Notes: generated by a model from the letters alone, not told the origin. A stretch of DNA of 64,000 nt from Octopus vulgaris (GCA_951406725.2 OX597822.1:19282001-19346000), one strand, 5' to 3'; counted from the first letter of the stretch, positions 42,927 to 55,599 are shown. Program-made: numbers and translations.

Positions 42927-42929
<3 letters not shown>

Positions 42930-43194
42930 ACTGCTGATAAAAAATAAATGAAAAACGAATTTCATTCCTCGCCTATTTAGCACAACACACAGCTACTCCA
43001 CTCACCTTGGGTCTATTTCTCACATCCCAACACAATCTCTTCGCTGTCTCTGCTCCTATCAAATTATCTTGTCACTATCTCCTCTCAATTATCCACCGAA
43101 CATTTACATAATAGGCAATATGCACTACACATCTTTCATACTCTATGACACTTCAAGTCAGTTGAACAGTCAGAATTCTGTCATTTCTGTTCTA

Positions 43195-43660
43195 CAGGGT
43201 GCTTGGGCTACATTTGACACTTTGCATAAAATGAAAAGAAAATACAAAATCCCATTCAAAAATAAAAGTATTTTTTAAAAAACAAAAATTATCAACTAGC
43301 TGGGAGATAATAGCTCACTCAGTAGCTGCCTTCAGTTTCTACCACAGCCTCAAAATGGCTCTGGAACATGGTACATGCATTCTTCACTCTGTCTCCTCGT
43401 TGACTTTGGCCACCAGCTCAGCATTAGTGTTGCAGGTGTCTTTCTCAACTGTGCCCCACATATAGTAATCCATGGGATAATCCGATCAGAGGCCAGAAAT
43501 TGAATTTGGTGATGTCCAACAACCACTTCTAGCTTTTTCCAGAGGTATAGCAAGGAGCAAAATCCTGCTGCAATGCATGGCTTTCCAGGGGCAACCTCTC
43601 AGCCAGGGTTTGACCACAGTCTCCAGCAGTTTCAGATAGCTATCTGAATTGAGCCTATGG
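43195..43660 (-). mobile_element. maT/DD37D-like transposon 3' fragment with TIR
   Basis: TA|CAGGGTG terminus; minus translation FWPL..PMDYYMWGTVEKDTCNTNAELVAKV...ACTMFQSHFEAVVETEG. Confidence 0.7.
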
Positions 43661-43954
43661 CCCTGTTCAAAGAAGTGCTGTTTGATTTTTGTCTTACTGT
43701 TGACTTTTCACCATCCCACTTCCATCGTTGGATCACCCCTTCTTTTCTCATTCATATGTTGTATCGGAGAAATACACAAGAGTATTATTATAGTATAAGA
43801 TACATGATGCTCTCTTTGCCACTTCTGCTCTCACATTACTATTAATTTCTCTCACTCCTTCTCTGTCATGGCTATAACTCTCACTACTTCTCCTTCACTG
43901 AACTACTATTTTCTCTCCTCTCCCTTAACCATTTATTATATTAGGATATATATA

Positions 43955-44504
43955 TCTACAATATAAATTGGACATGGGCAATCGTTGTATTCTTTCTTGT
44001 CTTGAGGTTCACAGCCAAACGGCTGGGTGGATTTGTGTGAAAAATGACACACATATGGAGACAGGTGCATAGATTGGAATGTGGTTTGTATTTTTTCCTA
44101 GCACCCATACTTACCGAGAAAATAGATTAAAACTTTTCTAATGGAATTCCCGTTTGTTCTGCTATTAAAACAACCAGTTGCTCACACAGTTGGCATATAC
44201 CATTTCGCTAGCCACAAGGGAAGTACAGGATGACAGTCAGCCAAAACTTTCACTCTCTTCTTTCACCTCTTTGTGGAGTTAATAATCTTAATCTTTAGTT
44301 ACAGTTTCTCATTCAAACTACATGATAGGCAGAATTGTCGGATTATGACAGTAGGGTATTTTGAGGGAAATTTGCCTGCTATTTCTACCAGGTTTAACTA
44401 CCATGTACAGGTCTGAACTTAATTTTCATTCACATATGCCTAACCGAAAATGATCACAGCCACATCATCCAAACAGACCGGGTGAAACTAGACTTAGTTG
44501 CTAG
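43955..44504 (+). mobile_element. Non-autonomous Helitron
   Basis: A|TCTACAATATAAA start; ...cgggtgaaactagacttagttgCTAG|T end. Confidence 0.7.
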
Positions 44505-44628
44505 TATATATATTAGAGGAAAAATCAAAACCAAGGCAGATGGAACCCTAACACAGATCCATAGATCCAGCCTTAGCTGTGATCTAGGAACCCAATGGTC
44601 AACCAACACACACACATACACATATATA

Positions 44629-45501
44629 TCTATATATATAAAACTCAACTTGTGTGTCTGTGTGTGTATCTGTGTGTGTGTCTGTGTGTTTAACTTCCCG
44701 GCACATCTCCTCCTAGCCAACAAATCGTAGAACCCCAAAAAATGGGTCACTTAAAGTTTAGGTGAATGAAAATTGAACTGCGCTATTTCTGTTCTGAAAT
44801 TCATCTCGCAAGTGCAAAAATCGATAATGTGTTTGTTTAGGCCTTATCCCATGCATTGAATAGTGAACTTTACTCAATCAGCTGTTTGACGTGAACTGTG
44901 TTCACCACGCGTGCAAGCATGCGTAAATTGCATGAAAAATAGAAAATCAAGATATAAAAACGAATCACTGTAAACATTGTAGAAATTCGGCAAAGAAATG
45001 AATTTTCGGGATGTAGCCTGGAGGGTTTTTTCGTAACATTTTTAACGCTTTGAATTAAATGTGACCATTTTGCGCTGAGTCTGCAGTTTGAATCACTTTA
45101 ACCAAATTTTAGCAGGCTGGATTTTTGATCATCACGATACATCGCCAGCGACTCCCTGAAACTCTCCCCTGAAATCCCCATTGAGAAATACTGATCTAAA
45201 AGAATAATTCAACAATGCAATTATTTGATCAACAAAAATTTATGAATCGCTTCTACGTACTTCCTATTGAGGAAATGGAACACATAAGCGCAAAAATAGA
45301 GGGCATTAAATGCTTGATTTTAAAACCAAAATAATTGAATTTTGATTGAACTTCATCCAAGTTTAGCTTAATTCGCGCGTGCATAGAATGCACAAGTGCA
45401 CGTGCATACATTGTGTAAGAAAGTATTGATTTTGCACTCGCAGATTAATCGATTTTCCTCAGTGCGATTAATAGTCACACAAAGCCGGGCAATACTGCTA
45501 G
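44629..45501 (+). mobile_element. Non-autonomous Helitron with both ends
   Basis: A|TCTATATATATAAAACTCAAC followed by a (GTGTCT)-type microsatellite; aagccgggcaatactgCTAG|T end; A/T target with no TSD. Confidence 0.8.
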
Positions 45502-45512
45502 TATATATATAT

Positions 45513-45742
45513 AATCAAAATAAGCAACAGGATATCAAGTAGTGATGCAGTATGACCATTTCAAGCAGTTCCATTTACTTGAACAATGCAGTCATTACAT
45601 CAATTTAAATGTAGTGCCATCTTCGGCTGCAAAGATGGCACTACATTTAAATTGATGTAATGATTGCATTGTTCATTTAAATGGAGCCACTTGAAACAGT
45701 CATATTGCATCACTACTTGATATCTTGCTGCTTATTTTGGTT
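45513..45742. repeat. Fold-back with ~110-bp arms and an 8-nt loop, containing a hammerhead motif
   Basis: 45592-45623 is the exact reverse complement of 45632-45663; the outer arms are imperfect. Confidence 0.9.
45546..45631 (-). ncRNA. Type I hammerhead motif with a U4>C core substitution
   Basis: UGCAG-CcGAAGA-UGGCAC...-GAAA-UGGUCA-UA-CUGCA. Confidence 0.55.
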
Positions 45743-46001
45743 TTATTCACTTTACTTCGAGCTGTGCAGATAATACCAGACTGACTTGGTGCTTTGACTT
45801 AAGTACTTAATTCAACTGAATCTCAATTATTTATATATATATATATTATATCTATATATATAAGTTTTTATTCTCTTATTCTTTTACTTGTTTTAGTCAT
45901 TTGACAGCAACCATGCCGGATCATTGCCTTAAAGGTGTTTTTAGTTGAGCAAATGAACCCCAGGACCTATTCTTTGTAAGCCTAGTACTTACTCTATCAG
46001 G

Positions 46002-46632
46002 GTGTTAAAAAACACCTACATTGCTAGAAATGCAAGCTAAAATACTCTAATGCTGTAGTCAAGGTGCATAAATGTAAACATATACACTAATAGGGACCTG
46101 AATCATCTGAAAAATGCCAATTGAGAATTCTTAATATTGACATCAGTTTTGGCAATGTCCATTGCTGCATTAGTTAAGTCCACTCGATCCTGGCTTTCTT
46201 CAGCTTGCTTCTCTACTACTCTTTCACTCTTTTACTCATTTCATGTGGCTGCAGTCATGTTGGAGCACCACTGTGGAATACTAGTATATATGTTTTCATC
46301 ATCCAAATTAATGGATGATTTAGTGATTCGCCAATGTGCATACATAAAATTAATATAAACAGCAGGTTACCATGTTTCGCCAAAAAAGAGACTTATAATT
46401 GTCACTAAATGTGACTAGAGTGTTAAGAAACGTCTACATTGCTAGAAATACAAGCTAAAATGCTCTAATGCTGTAGTTAACATACATGAATGAAAATATA
46501 TATGCACTAACAAGGACCTGAATCATCTGAAAAATGCTGATCGTGAATTCTTAATATTGACGTCAGTTTTTGCAATTTCCATTGCCTCATCAGTTAAGTC
46601 CGCTTGATCTCAGCTTTCTTTGGCTTGCTTCT
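46002..46632 (-). repeat. Pair of ~210-bp diverged direct repeats (46002-46212, 46420-46632), each with a decayed hammerhead; pLTR/retrozyme-like
   Basis: Shared ctacattgctagaaat and ggacctgaatcatctgaaaaatgc; motifs at 46131-46177 and 46551-46597. Confidence 0.75.
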
Positions 46633-46667
46633 CAATTAGCATATATATGTGGGTGTGTGTATGTGTG

Positions 46668-46698
<31 letters not shown>

Positions 46699-47075
46699 AT
46701 ACAAATTAAGATAGGGGTTGTAATTGCAACCCTCCATGGGATAACATATATCCAATATACTGCTAATGAAGTACCCAACAAAGTTAATATATAAATGTTA
46801 AGAATTGTGATGCAATTAATTCATTTACTGTATTATATGGGCAAAGGTAAAATGTTTTACCACAAATTAATAATACAAAATAAGAAAATGGAGAAATACA
46901 TCTAAATCAATTATCAACTACCCAATCACATAATTTATTAAACCACTACATATGAACATTAAGGTCAAACATATTAATATAGAACAAAACAGTGTACATG
47001 AAGGAGTAATATGGTACAATAAATACAGTATGTATAAGAGAATATAAAAATATAAATATAAATATAAACTACATC

Positions 47076-47106
<31 letters not shown>

Positions 47107-47114
47107 ATGTATGT

Positions 47115-47326
47115 ATTCTCTTTTACTCTTTTACTTGTTTCAATCATTTGACTGCAGCCATGCTGGAGCACCGCCTTTAGTCGAGCAAATCGACCCCGGA
47201 ACTTATTCTTTGTAAGCCCAGTACTTATTCTATCGGTCTCTTTTGCCGAACTGCTAAGTGACGGGGACGTAAACACACCAGCATCGGTTGTCAAGCAATG
47301 CTAGGGGGACAAACACAGACACACAA

Positions 47327-47394
<68 letters not shown>

Positions 47395-47533
47395 GACAGG
47401 CTTCTTTCAGTTTCCGTCTACCAAATCCACTCACAAGGCATTGGTCGGCCCGGGGCTATAGCAGAAGACACTTGCCCAAGATGCCACGCAGTGGGACTGA
47501 ACCCGGAACCATGTGGTTGGTTAGCAAGCTACT
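47115..47533 (-). mobile_element. tRNA-derived SINE (octopus OK/OR-like), best-preserved copy
   Basis: B-box-like ggttccgggttcagtccc, CORE-like cttgggcaagtgtctt, internal (TA)n/(CA)n, gtaaaaga tail repeats, CpGs retained. The A-box end is truncated. Confidence 0.9.
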
Positions 47534-47547
47534 TGTATGTATGTATA

Positions 47548-47549
47548 TT

Positions 47550-47580
<31 letters not shown>

Positions 47581-49475
47581 CCATCATCATCATTTACTGT
47601 CTATTTTCCATGCTAGCATAAGTTGGACAGTTTGACTGGAGCTAGTACAGCCAGGAGCCACACCAGGTTCCATTTTCTGTTCTGGATGCCCTTCCTAATG
47701 CCCACCACACCATAGAATGTACTGGGTATTTTTAATGGAGAACCAGCATGAATGCTTTTTATGTGACACCAGCACTGGTATCAATTCTGCTGTGGTGGAC
47801 AGGTCTTCTTGAGTACAGCAAGGTGCCAGAAATCTCAATCCTTAGTCATCTTCTTCTTGAGCTTTAGGGTCTTGAGATCAGCCTCCAGTATTTCACCCCA
47901 TGTCTTCTTGGGTCTCCCTTTTCCACAAGTTTCATCCACTTTAAATGATCAGCACTTCTGTGTGCAACTGTCAACATCAATATGCATCAGATGACCAAAC
48001 CAACACAGTCTTCTCTCTCTTGCATACTGCATCTAATTTCTCATATGCTCACTTTTACCTCAAAACCCTATTGCACTGTCACACATGTATGCTGACATTG
48101 CACATCCAGCAGAGCATACTAACTTCATTTCCCTTTTGCCTTTACATGTCTTCTGCATTCAGTGCCCACATCTCCCTGCCATGTAGCATTGCTGTTCATA
48201 TAAATGCATCATACAATCTTCCTTTCACAGGGAGAGAAAGAGAGCTTTGTTTGCCAACAGGGATGAAAGCTCTCTGAATTTTCTCCATCCTATTTTTATT
48301 CTAGCAATTATACTTTCTGTGCCTCCTCCCCACATCTAATTAGGTCCCCTAGATAGCAGAAATTATCTATGACCTCCAAAGAGTCTCCAGGGCATTTGAG
48401 AAAATTGATTTCCCAAGTATCAATAGTACTTATGGCTTCTATGCATCTTCCACATACAAACATTACCTTCTGTGGTAGCCCTCCCATTATTCCACTGCAC
48501 CACTTGTGTGTCCATAGCGTGCACTGGGTACAGTGTATGGAATTACTGTCCACACCTTTTCTACATATCAAGTAGAGCCATTTACCTGATAGGGGAAGGG
48601 TTCTGTTTTATTAGTCATTGTTAAGTTAATTTTAAGGCCCTTTGATTCCAGATTTTGCTGCCACACTTGGAATTTCTTTTCTAGTTCTGTCACAGAATCT
48701 GCTACAAGAGCATCAGTATATAACAGTTCCCAGAGGCAGCCAGTCTTAAATTCCTCTGTTATGGCCAGGAGGATGATGTTAAATAGGAGAGGGCTGAGAA
48801 CTAAACCCTGATGAACACCTACCTCTACCCTAAATTCATCACTGTACTCATAGTTAATTCTCACCTTACTGACAGTTTCTCTATACATGACTTATATGGC
48901 TTTCACAAGCTACTCATCTACCCCTAACTTTCTCAGAGCCCACCATATCACACAGCAGGGTATTCTGTCAAAAGCTTTCTCAAAATCAACAAATGCCAAG
49001 TACAATGGTTCGTTCTTAGCCAAATACCTCTCCTGTAGTTGTCTGACTATGAAGATAGCATCAGTAGTGCTTCTTCCTGGCACAAAGCCAAACTGATTTC
49101 ACCTAAGCTAATTCTGCTCCTAATTAACTGGGTTATAACTCTTTCTGTCATTTTCGTGACCTAGTCCAGCAACTTGATGTCTCTGCAATTACTTCTATCC
49201 AAGACATCTTTACTCTTGTAATTCTGCTACACCAGTCATTGGGGATGACACTTTCCTCAATAACCTGATTAACTATTCAGATGACTAGGTTGCATCCAAC
49301 TCTGCCACTTAGTTTATGCATCTCAGCAGTGACTCCTGATGGGCCAGGGTTTTTCCTGTTTTCATATCCTTCATTGCCTTATCTGTTATGCTGCTGTCAA
49401 CATGAGTAGCTGGTCTCTCTGATGGGTTCACATAGAGGAGGCTCTCTTTCTCCTGTTTATTCTCCACATTTAATA
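47548..49475 (-). mobile_element. Older RTE LINE, 5'-truncated, RT to (GAT)n tail
   Basis: VGVHQGLVLSPLLFNIIL, WELLYTDALV and CRKGVDSNSIHCTQCTLWTHKWC are homologous to 59.4-60.6 kb. Confidence 0.9.
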
Positions 49476-49709
49476 ACCATATACATAACAGGCTTCTCTC
49501 AGTTTCCATCCACCAAATCCACTCACAAGGCTTTGGTTGGCCCGGGGCTAATGTAGAAGACACTTGTCCATGATGACACATAGTGGGGTTGAACCAAGAA
49601 CCATGTCATTGAGAAGCAAACTGCTTACCGCTTATAGATTGCTAGGTATATTATAGCAGATTAGGTAAGAGGGTGAGTATGAATGAGGAGGAATTAGGGA
49701 GTATCATGA

Positions 49710-50820
49710 CTGAATTCATTCATTCAAAAAACACTGAATGAAAGAACGAATGAGGAAGAGAGGAGAGAAAGAAGAGGAGGACAATAAGGACATAAGGATG
49801 ATAGTGTTGGTGAGGAGAATGATAATGCTGACAATGATGTTGCTGCTGCTACTGCGGCTACTGCTGCTGCTGATGATGATGATGATGACGAGGGTGGTGG
49901 TGGTGATGACTAAGAGGTGGAGGAGGAATATAATGATGATGATGATGATAAAGAAGTAGAGATACTGATGATAATGGTGATGGTGATGATGGTGAGAGTG
50001 AAGATGACAGTGATGATGATGGTGATGAGAAAGAAGAGAAAGAATTGAATACTGATGATAGTCATATAACAATAATGATGATGGCAATGACCAAAGAGGA
50101 AAAGCAAGTTGTTGATAATGGTGATGATGATGGTAGTGTTCCAGATAATAATGGTGATGTCGTAATTACCAAATTAATTATTGCTGTAATCAACGCCAAT
50201 AGCCTACATGGTTGGTATCTGATTACATAGGCAGTGAGGGAAAGGTGAAATACCATTAGCCTATTAATGAACATGATTATGATGATCATCATCATCGTTA
50301 TTGCCATGAGCATTCTCCACTTTTTCATTATTTTCATCATCACTGCCCTATCATCATCATCTTCATCCTTGTCGTATTCGTCGTCATCATTGTCATCATC
50401 ACTGTCATCATTTTCATCATCACAATCAACTTCATCCTCATTGTCATCAGTATCGCCTCCTCCTCCTCATCATCATCCTCCTCCTCATCATCCTCCTCAT
50501 CATCATCAGCATCATCATCATCACTATCATCACAATCAACCTCACCCTTGTCACCAGTCTTTCTTCTTGTCTCCTCATCTTCATCATCATTATTATTATC
50601 ATGATGATGACTGCCTTGTCATCAATATCTCCTTATCCCCATCATCTTCACTATCACCATCATCAATGACCACAATTGTCATCAGCATCCTCTCCTCCTT
50701 CTCATCGTCATCATCACTATTATTGACATTGCCATTATGATTCTAACTACCACTATCGTCCTCCTCTTCATCATCATCATCATCATTCTCTTCTCCCTCC
50801 TCTTTTTCTTCATTAATCAC
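49710..50820. repeat. Low-complexity (GAT/GAG)-rich tract facing a (CAT/CCT)-rich tract
   Basis: Strand polarity switches across a unique spacer at ~50160-50270. Confidence 0.85.
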
Positions 50821-51111
50821 TGTGTCTAATTACAAGTGTTTCTATTTTTGCTCATTTCCTCCATAAATGACCAACTTTCTTACAAATCAAGCTAAACAAT
50901 ATTTCTTTGAGCAAGTGTTCTTCTGCTGATACCATGGTTACTCTAGGCACTGTATATACAGACAATCCATTCCTCATTGTCTTGCCTCTTCATGTATATA
51001 TACCTGAATTTTCTTGGGCTACTCAACTTGTTAGAAATCACCATTAAATCTCCCTCAGAGTACACCCTGTATTAAAACAGAAAGAACACATTGGATAATG
51101 TAGTCCACAAG

Positions 51112-51405
51112 GCACAGGTGTGGCTGTGTGGTAACAAACTTGCTTCCCAGCCACATGGTTCTGGGATTGAGTCCCACTGCTTGGAACTGTGGGCAAGTGT
51201 TTTCTGCTATAGCCTCATGTCAACCAAAGCCTTGTGAGTAGATATGGTTGATGTAAGAAGCCCATTGTGTGTGTGTGCGTACATTCCCCCAAGCGTGTGT
51301 GTGTGTGTGTGTGCGCACCCCTGTGCACGTGTGTGTGTATGGAGATATATATGGACCTTTGTGTTTGCCCCACACCATCAATTAACAACTGGTGTTGGTG
51401 TGTTT
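51112..51405 (+). mobile_element. tRNA-derived SINE interrupted by a CR1-type insertion; SINE 3' part resumes at ~51895-52035
   Basis: Head ggctgtgtggtaac...gagtcccactgc; continuation gttcggcaaaagagacc...aactgaaacaagtaaaaga. Confidence 0.75.
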
Positions 51406-51885
51406 AAAATAAAATAATAATAATGAAATTATTGTGTACAGTGCTCAGGTGCACCACAGCTTGTCAAAAGTTCATATAAAGCAAATGCAGTAATGTACAT
51501 ATGTCTGGAAAGCGAACAGTGTATGAGTCAGATACATGCTTGTGTGTGTACGGAGGGGAGAAAATCAGGTGTAGTGTTGACGAATCTCAGGAAGCATGGA
51601 AGTTTTGAAGGATGCAGTGCTCCGACAACTAACAACTGATGCCGGCAGTTTGTTCCATGCTTCAGCAACTCTTAGCGTGAAAAAATGTTTCCGAAAGTGC
51701 TGTTTTCTGACTTTGTAAACATGTTCACGGGTGTTAGACAGGTGGAGTTTGAAAAGGTGCTCAGAGTTATTGTTTGTAAGATGGTTAATAATTTTATGGG
51801 TGTCTGCCAAGTCAGCTGTCAGTCGTCGGAGTTTCAATGTATCCATGCCCAGGGAAGTAAGGCATTCAGAATATGGCAAATGCCT
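51406..51885 (-). mobile_element. CR1/L2-group LINE 3' end with (ATT)n tail
   Basis: LPYSECLTSLGMDTLKLRRLTADL..HKII...RKHFFTLRVAEAWNKLPASVV....ASFK. Confidence 0.85.
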
Positions 51886-52499
51886 GATGAAGGGTTCGGC
51901 AAAAGAGACCAATACAATAAGAACCAGGCTTTAAAAAAAAGAACATCGGTACTGGGGTTGATTCATCAGACTTAGATTCTTCATGATAGTGTCCCAGTAT
52001 GGCCACAGTCTAATAACTGAAACAAGTAAAAGATAAAAAATATAAAGATATACAACCTGACAAAAATATTAAAATATTCAAAATTTCCCCTGCTTGATTT
52101 TATAATTTACCATTCCACACTTAAATTAGCTTGGATACAAAATATCTCCCTTTAAAAAAAAATCAGTATTTCAGGTTATTATTATCATCATCATCATCAC
52201 CATCATCATCACTGTTTTAATGCCCACTTTGCCATGCTTGCATGAGTTAGACAGAATTTGTTGAGGTAGATTTTCTATGGCTGGATTCTCTTCCTGTTGC
52301 CAACCCTCACCTGTTTCCAAGCAAGCTAATATTTCTCCTTGGCCAGACATGTTTGTCTTGGAAATCTAGAAATAAATGATATTTATTATATGATGGTGAA
52401 ATTCATTTATGACCATCATATGTCAAAACAAGGATAGACTCAAACACACACACACAAACACAGACACACACACACATGTAGATACATACATATATAACA

Positions 52500-52702
52500 A
52501 ATTTTGGACTGCCAATATCCACAGCTTTGTGCGCCGCGTTAGGTTGAGTGAGCTTTTCCGTGACACTCCACCTGCACCTAATGAGGCTGACTGCTTCACC
52601 AACCTGGGCTGCCTACTATCCCAGTGTATGCCAACTCCTGGCCAGTTCCAAGCAGTCTATCTTTTTTTAGGTGTCTGCCAGTGTGCTGTGGACCAGTTTG
52701 AC
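52500..52702 (+). mobile_element. Inverted, diverged fragment of the Penelope-like ORF N-terminal region
   Basis: IHSFVRRVRLSELFRDTPPAPNEADCF versus IHSFVCRVRLCALFRDTPPASNEGDCF at 54700-54905 (minus). Confidence 0.85.
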
Positions 52703-52704
52703 TG

Positions 52705-55265
52705 GGAAGGTGGGCATGAGAGAAGAGAGGAAGAGAGTAAGAGAGAAAGAGAGTAAGAAAGAAGAGAGAAGAGAGTAGGGGTGAAGAGAAGAAGGAGTTG
52801 GAGCAAGAGAGGAGAGGTGGGTGGGAGGAAGTAGGGGGAGATGCAAGAGGAGGAGGTTAGATGAAGAGGGAAGGAGAGTTGAGCCCATGTGGTGCAAAAG
52901 AGCAAAGAGAGAAGATTAATCCCTGTTCACTGCACAAACAGGAGTCCGGATTGCCTCTGTGCAGGGACAATCCGAACATGGATAGGTGTTGCAAAGAGTG
53001 ACTGGTAGTATGGAAATGGCATGAGACCGGGGTGTCATTGCTGAGGCAGATGTCTCGGAGGTCTTCTGCAAACCGGTCAGCCAAGCGGCATCCCGTTTGT
53101 CCGATGTACAGAGAATGGCAGAGAGAGCAGGAGATGAAATAGATGATATTGGTAGAAGGGCAGGTGAAGGAGTCGGTGATGTTATAGGGTCGATGATGGG
53201 TGCCAGTGAGGAGGGTGGTGTTGGAGAGGTAAGGGCAAGTGCGGCAGCATGGGTGGGAGCAGGGGAACAAGCCAGGTTGGGAGGTTGGGTTGGGGAGGAA
53301 GCTGTGAACCAAGAGGTCTCGTAGGTTGTGGGCTCATTTGAAGGAGGGGAGCGGTCAGTTAGGGAAGATGTGTGAAGTGGAGGGGTCGGACTGGAGATGC
53401 TGGAAAGCTCGGAGAATGGTGCATTGGAGAGGTAAAGTGGTGGGGTGGTAGGTGAAGGGAAACGAGAAGCAGGAGACTGCAGGGTGAGTTTGGGGGGAGA
53501 GAGCAGATGCACGGTCCATGGGATGTACTCTGGCAAGGGTCGTGTGGATAGTGGTAAGGGGATATCCTCATAGGATGAAGTGGCAAGTCTCAAATCATGG
53601 TCATCACTACAGAGCCTGCGTAGATGGAGGAATTGGGAATAGGGGATGGAAAGCTTGGTGTATTTAGGGTGGGAGGAGGAGAAGTTGAGGTATAAGTGTG
53701 AGTCTGTGTGTTTGTAGTGGATGGAGGTGGTAAGAGTGGAGTGATGAATGCTGACCGAAATGTCAAGAAAGGAGACAGAGGTGTCAGAGATAGTGCAGGA
53801 GAAGTGGAGGGAAGGATGGAAAGATTGAGCAAAAGAGAGGAAGGAGTCTAGATGTTCGCAGGAGAGTGAGGTTGCACCAATACAATCATCAATATAACGG
53901 CCATATAGTTCAGGAGTGGGACCAGTGAAACTTGAGAATATTTGGTCCTCAACATAGCCAACAAACAGGTTCACATAGTCTCGTTCCCATGGCCACTCTC
54001 GAGATCTGCTGGTAGAAATTGTCCATGAACAAGAAGCAGTTGAGTAAGAAGACAAGTTCAGCCAGACAAATAAGTGTTGAGGTGTCGGGTTGGGGATTGG
54101 GTCGGAGGTCAAGGAAATGTTTGAGTGCACCCAGCCCCTCGTGGTGAGGGATCACTGTGTAAAGGCTCTGGAAATCGAGAGTGAGGAGAAGTTTAGAGGG
54201 GCCAGGAAGGAAGGAGAAAGAGTTGAATAAATGAAGCGTGTGGTTGGTGTCATGGATGTGAGAAGGGAGAGAAGCCACTAGGGGTGGGGCAAGAACACGG
54301 TCAAGATATTTGGAGATAAGCTCAGTGGAGCAGTTACAGGTGGAGACGATGGGGCAGCCAGGGTTGTTAGGTTTGTGGATTTTGGGGAGGAAGTAAATGA
54401 TGGGGGTGCAGGAATGTGGACAATGAAGTTGGAGGCAGTGTGAGGGAGACGGGAGAAAGAGATGAGGTCATGGATAGTGGAGGACACAGTCTGTTGGTAA
54501 CTGGGCGTGGGGTCAGAGGGCAGTAGAAGGAAGTGTCTTGAAGTTGGCGGAGAGCTTCGACCTTATAGAGGTTCATGTGCCATACCACCATGGCTCCACC
54601 CTTGTTAGCCGGTTTTATAACGATGTCAGTGCAGTGTTGGAGGGATCGAAGGGCTGAGAGTTCAGCTGGGAAAATGCTGAGACAACAGGGGCGCCTGGAA
54701 AAGTTAAACTGGTCCACAGCGTGCTGGCAGGTGCCTGCAAAAAGATCAACTGCTTGGAACTGGCCAGGAGCAGGCGTCCACTGGGATGGTCGGCAGCCCA
54801 GGGCAGTGAAGCAGTCCCCCTCGTTAGATGCGGGTGGAGTGTCGCGGAAAAGCGCACACAACCTAACGCGGCACACAAAGCTGTGGATATCAGTATGAGT
54901 CCGAAATTCGTTGCAGGATGGAGTGAGGGGGATGAAACGCAGACCCCCTACTGAGATTGGAGTGCTCTGCCGCAGAGAGAAGAAGATCTGGGGGAATGGT
55001 AACAACAGACTGAAGTGGAGAAGGGATGGATGGAATAGAAGTAGGAGAGGTGGATGGGGTAGAGATAGGAGGGGTTGTAGGGCTGGTGGAAGGCTGGGAG
55101 GGAGGGGATGGAGATGCGTGAGGGGAGTTGGAGGGACAGGGGTTGGGCGTGGGTGGAGGGAGCGTATCAGGGAGGGAGAAGTGTAGTGGAGGAGTTGGGG
55201 TAGTGGCATCGGGGTGTGATGGAATGGAGGAGTGAGTGGAGTTTACGAAGTTTGGTGTTAGCAAG
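52705..55265 (-). mobile_element. Penelope-like element (Neptune-like), frameshifted RT plus GIY-YIG endonuclease
   Basis: IVIKPANKGGAMVV, LLTLDFQSLYTVIPH, FYQQISRVAMGT, YGRYIDDC, SFLDISV, CSHPCCRTC linker, NIIYFISCSLCHSLYIGQTGCRLADRFAE, PHGLN. Confidence 0.92.
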
Positions 55266-55599
55266 AAATTGATGAAAGAGATGATTTAAATGAATTATGT
55301 AATGCAACATGTGAGCATGGGAGGGTGACAGAGAGGAGAAAAAGATGGAAAAAGCAGGAGGGAGAAGGCGGTCAATGGTATGTATTTTAGAGAGATTGGA
55401 GCAAGTGGTGGCATAAATACATGTATGTATATAATTTATTAATGAATATTAATTACATTATAGTTTTTAGATTAACTTAAGTATATTAAATTAGTGGTTA
55501 TAAAATTGATACTGTTTAAATTAGTACTGAGTTTATATAGAATGGGTCCAGGGGTTGATTTGTTCGCATAAAGGCGGGGCTCCAGCATAACCATATTTA

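Larger units (their letters stand above)
38250..43050. promoter_or_regulatory. CpG-retaining region, probable promoter or first-exon zone
   Basis: CpG dinucleotides are visibly more frequent than in flanking unique DNA. YY1-like aagatggc at ~41415, RFX-like ctagcaac at ~41511, and purine/pyrimidine tracts. Confidence 0.4.

Noticed and set aside
47470-47533. tRNA gene
   Set aside because: It is only the tRNA-derived head of a SINE; no cloverleaf.
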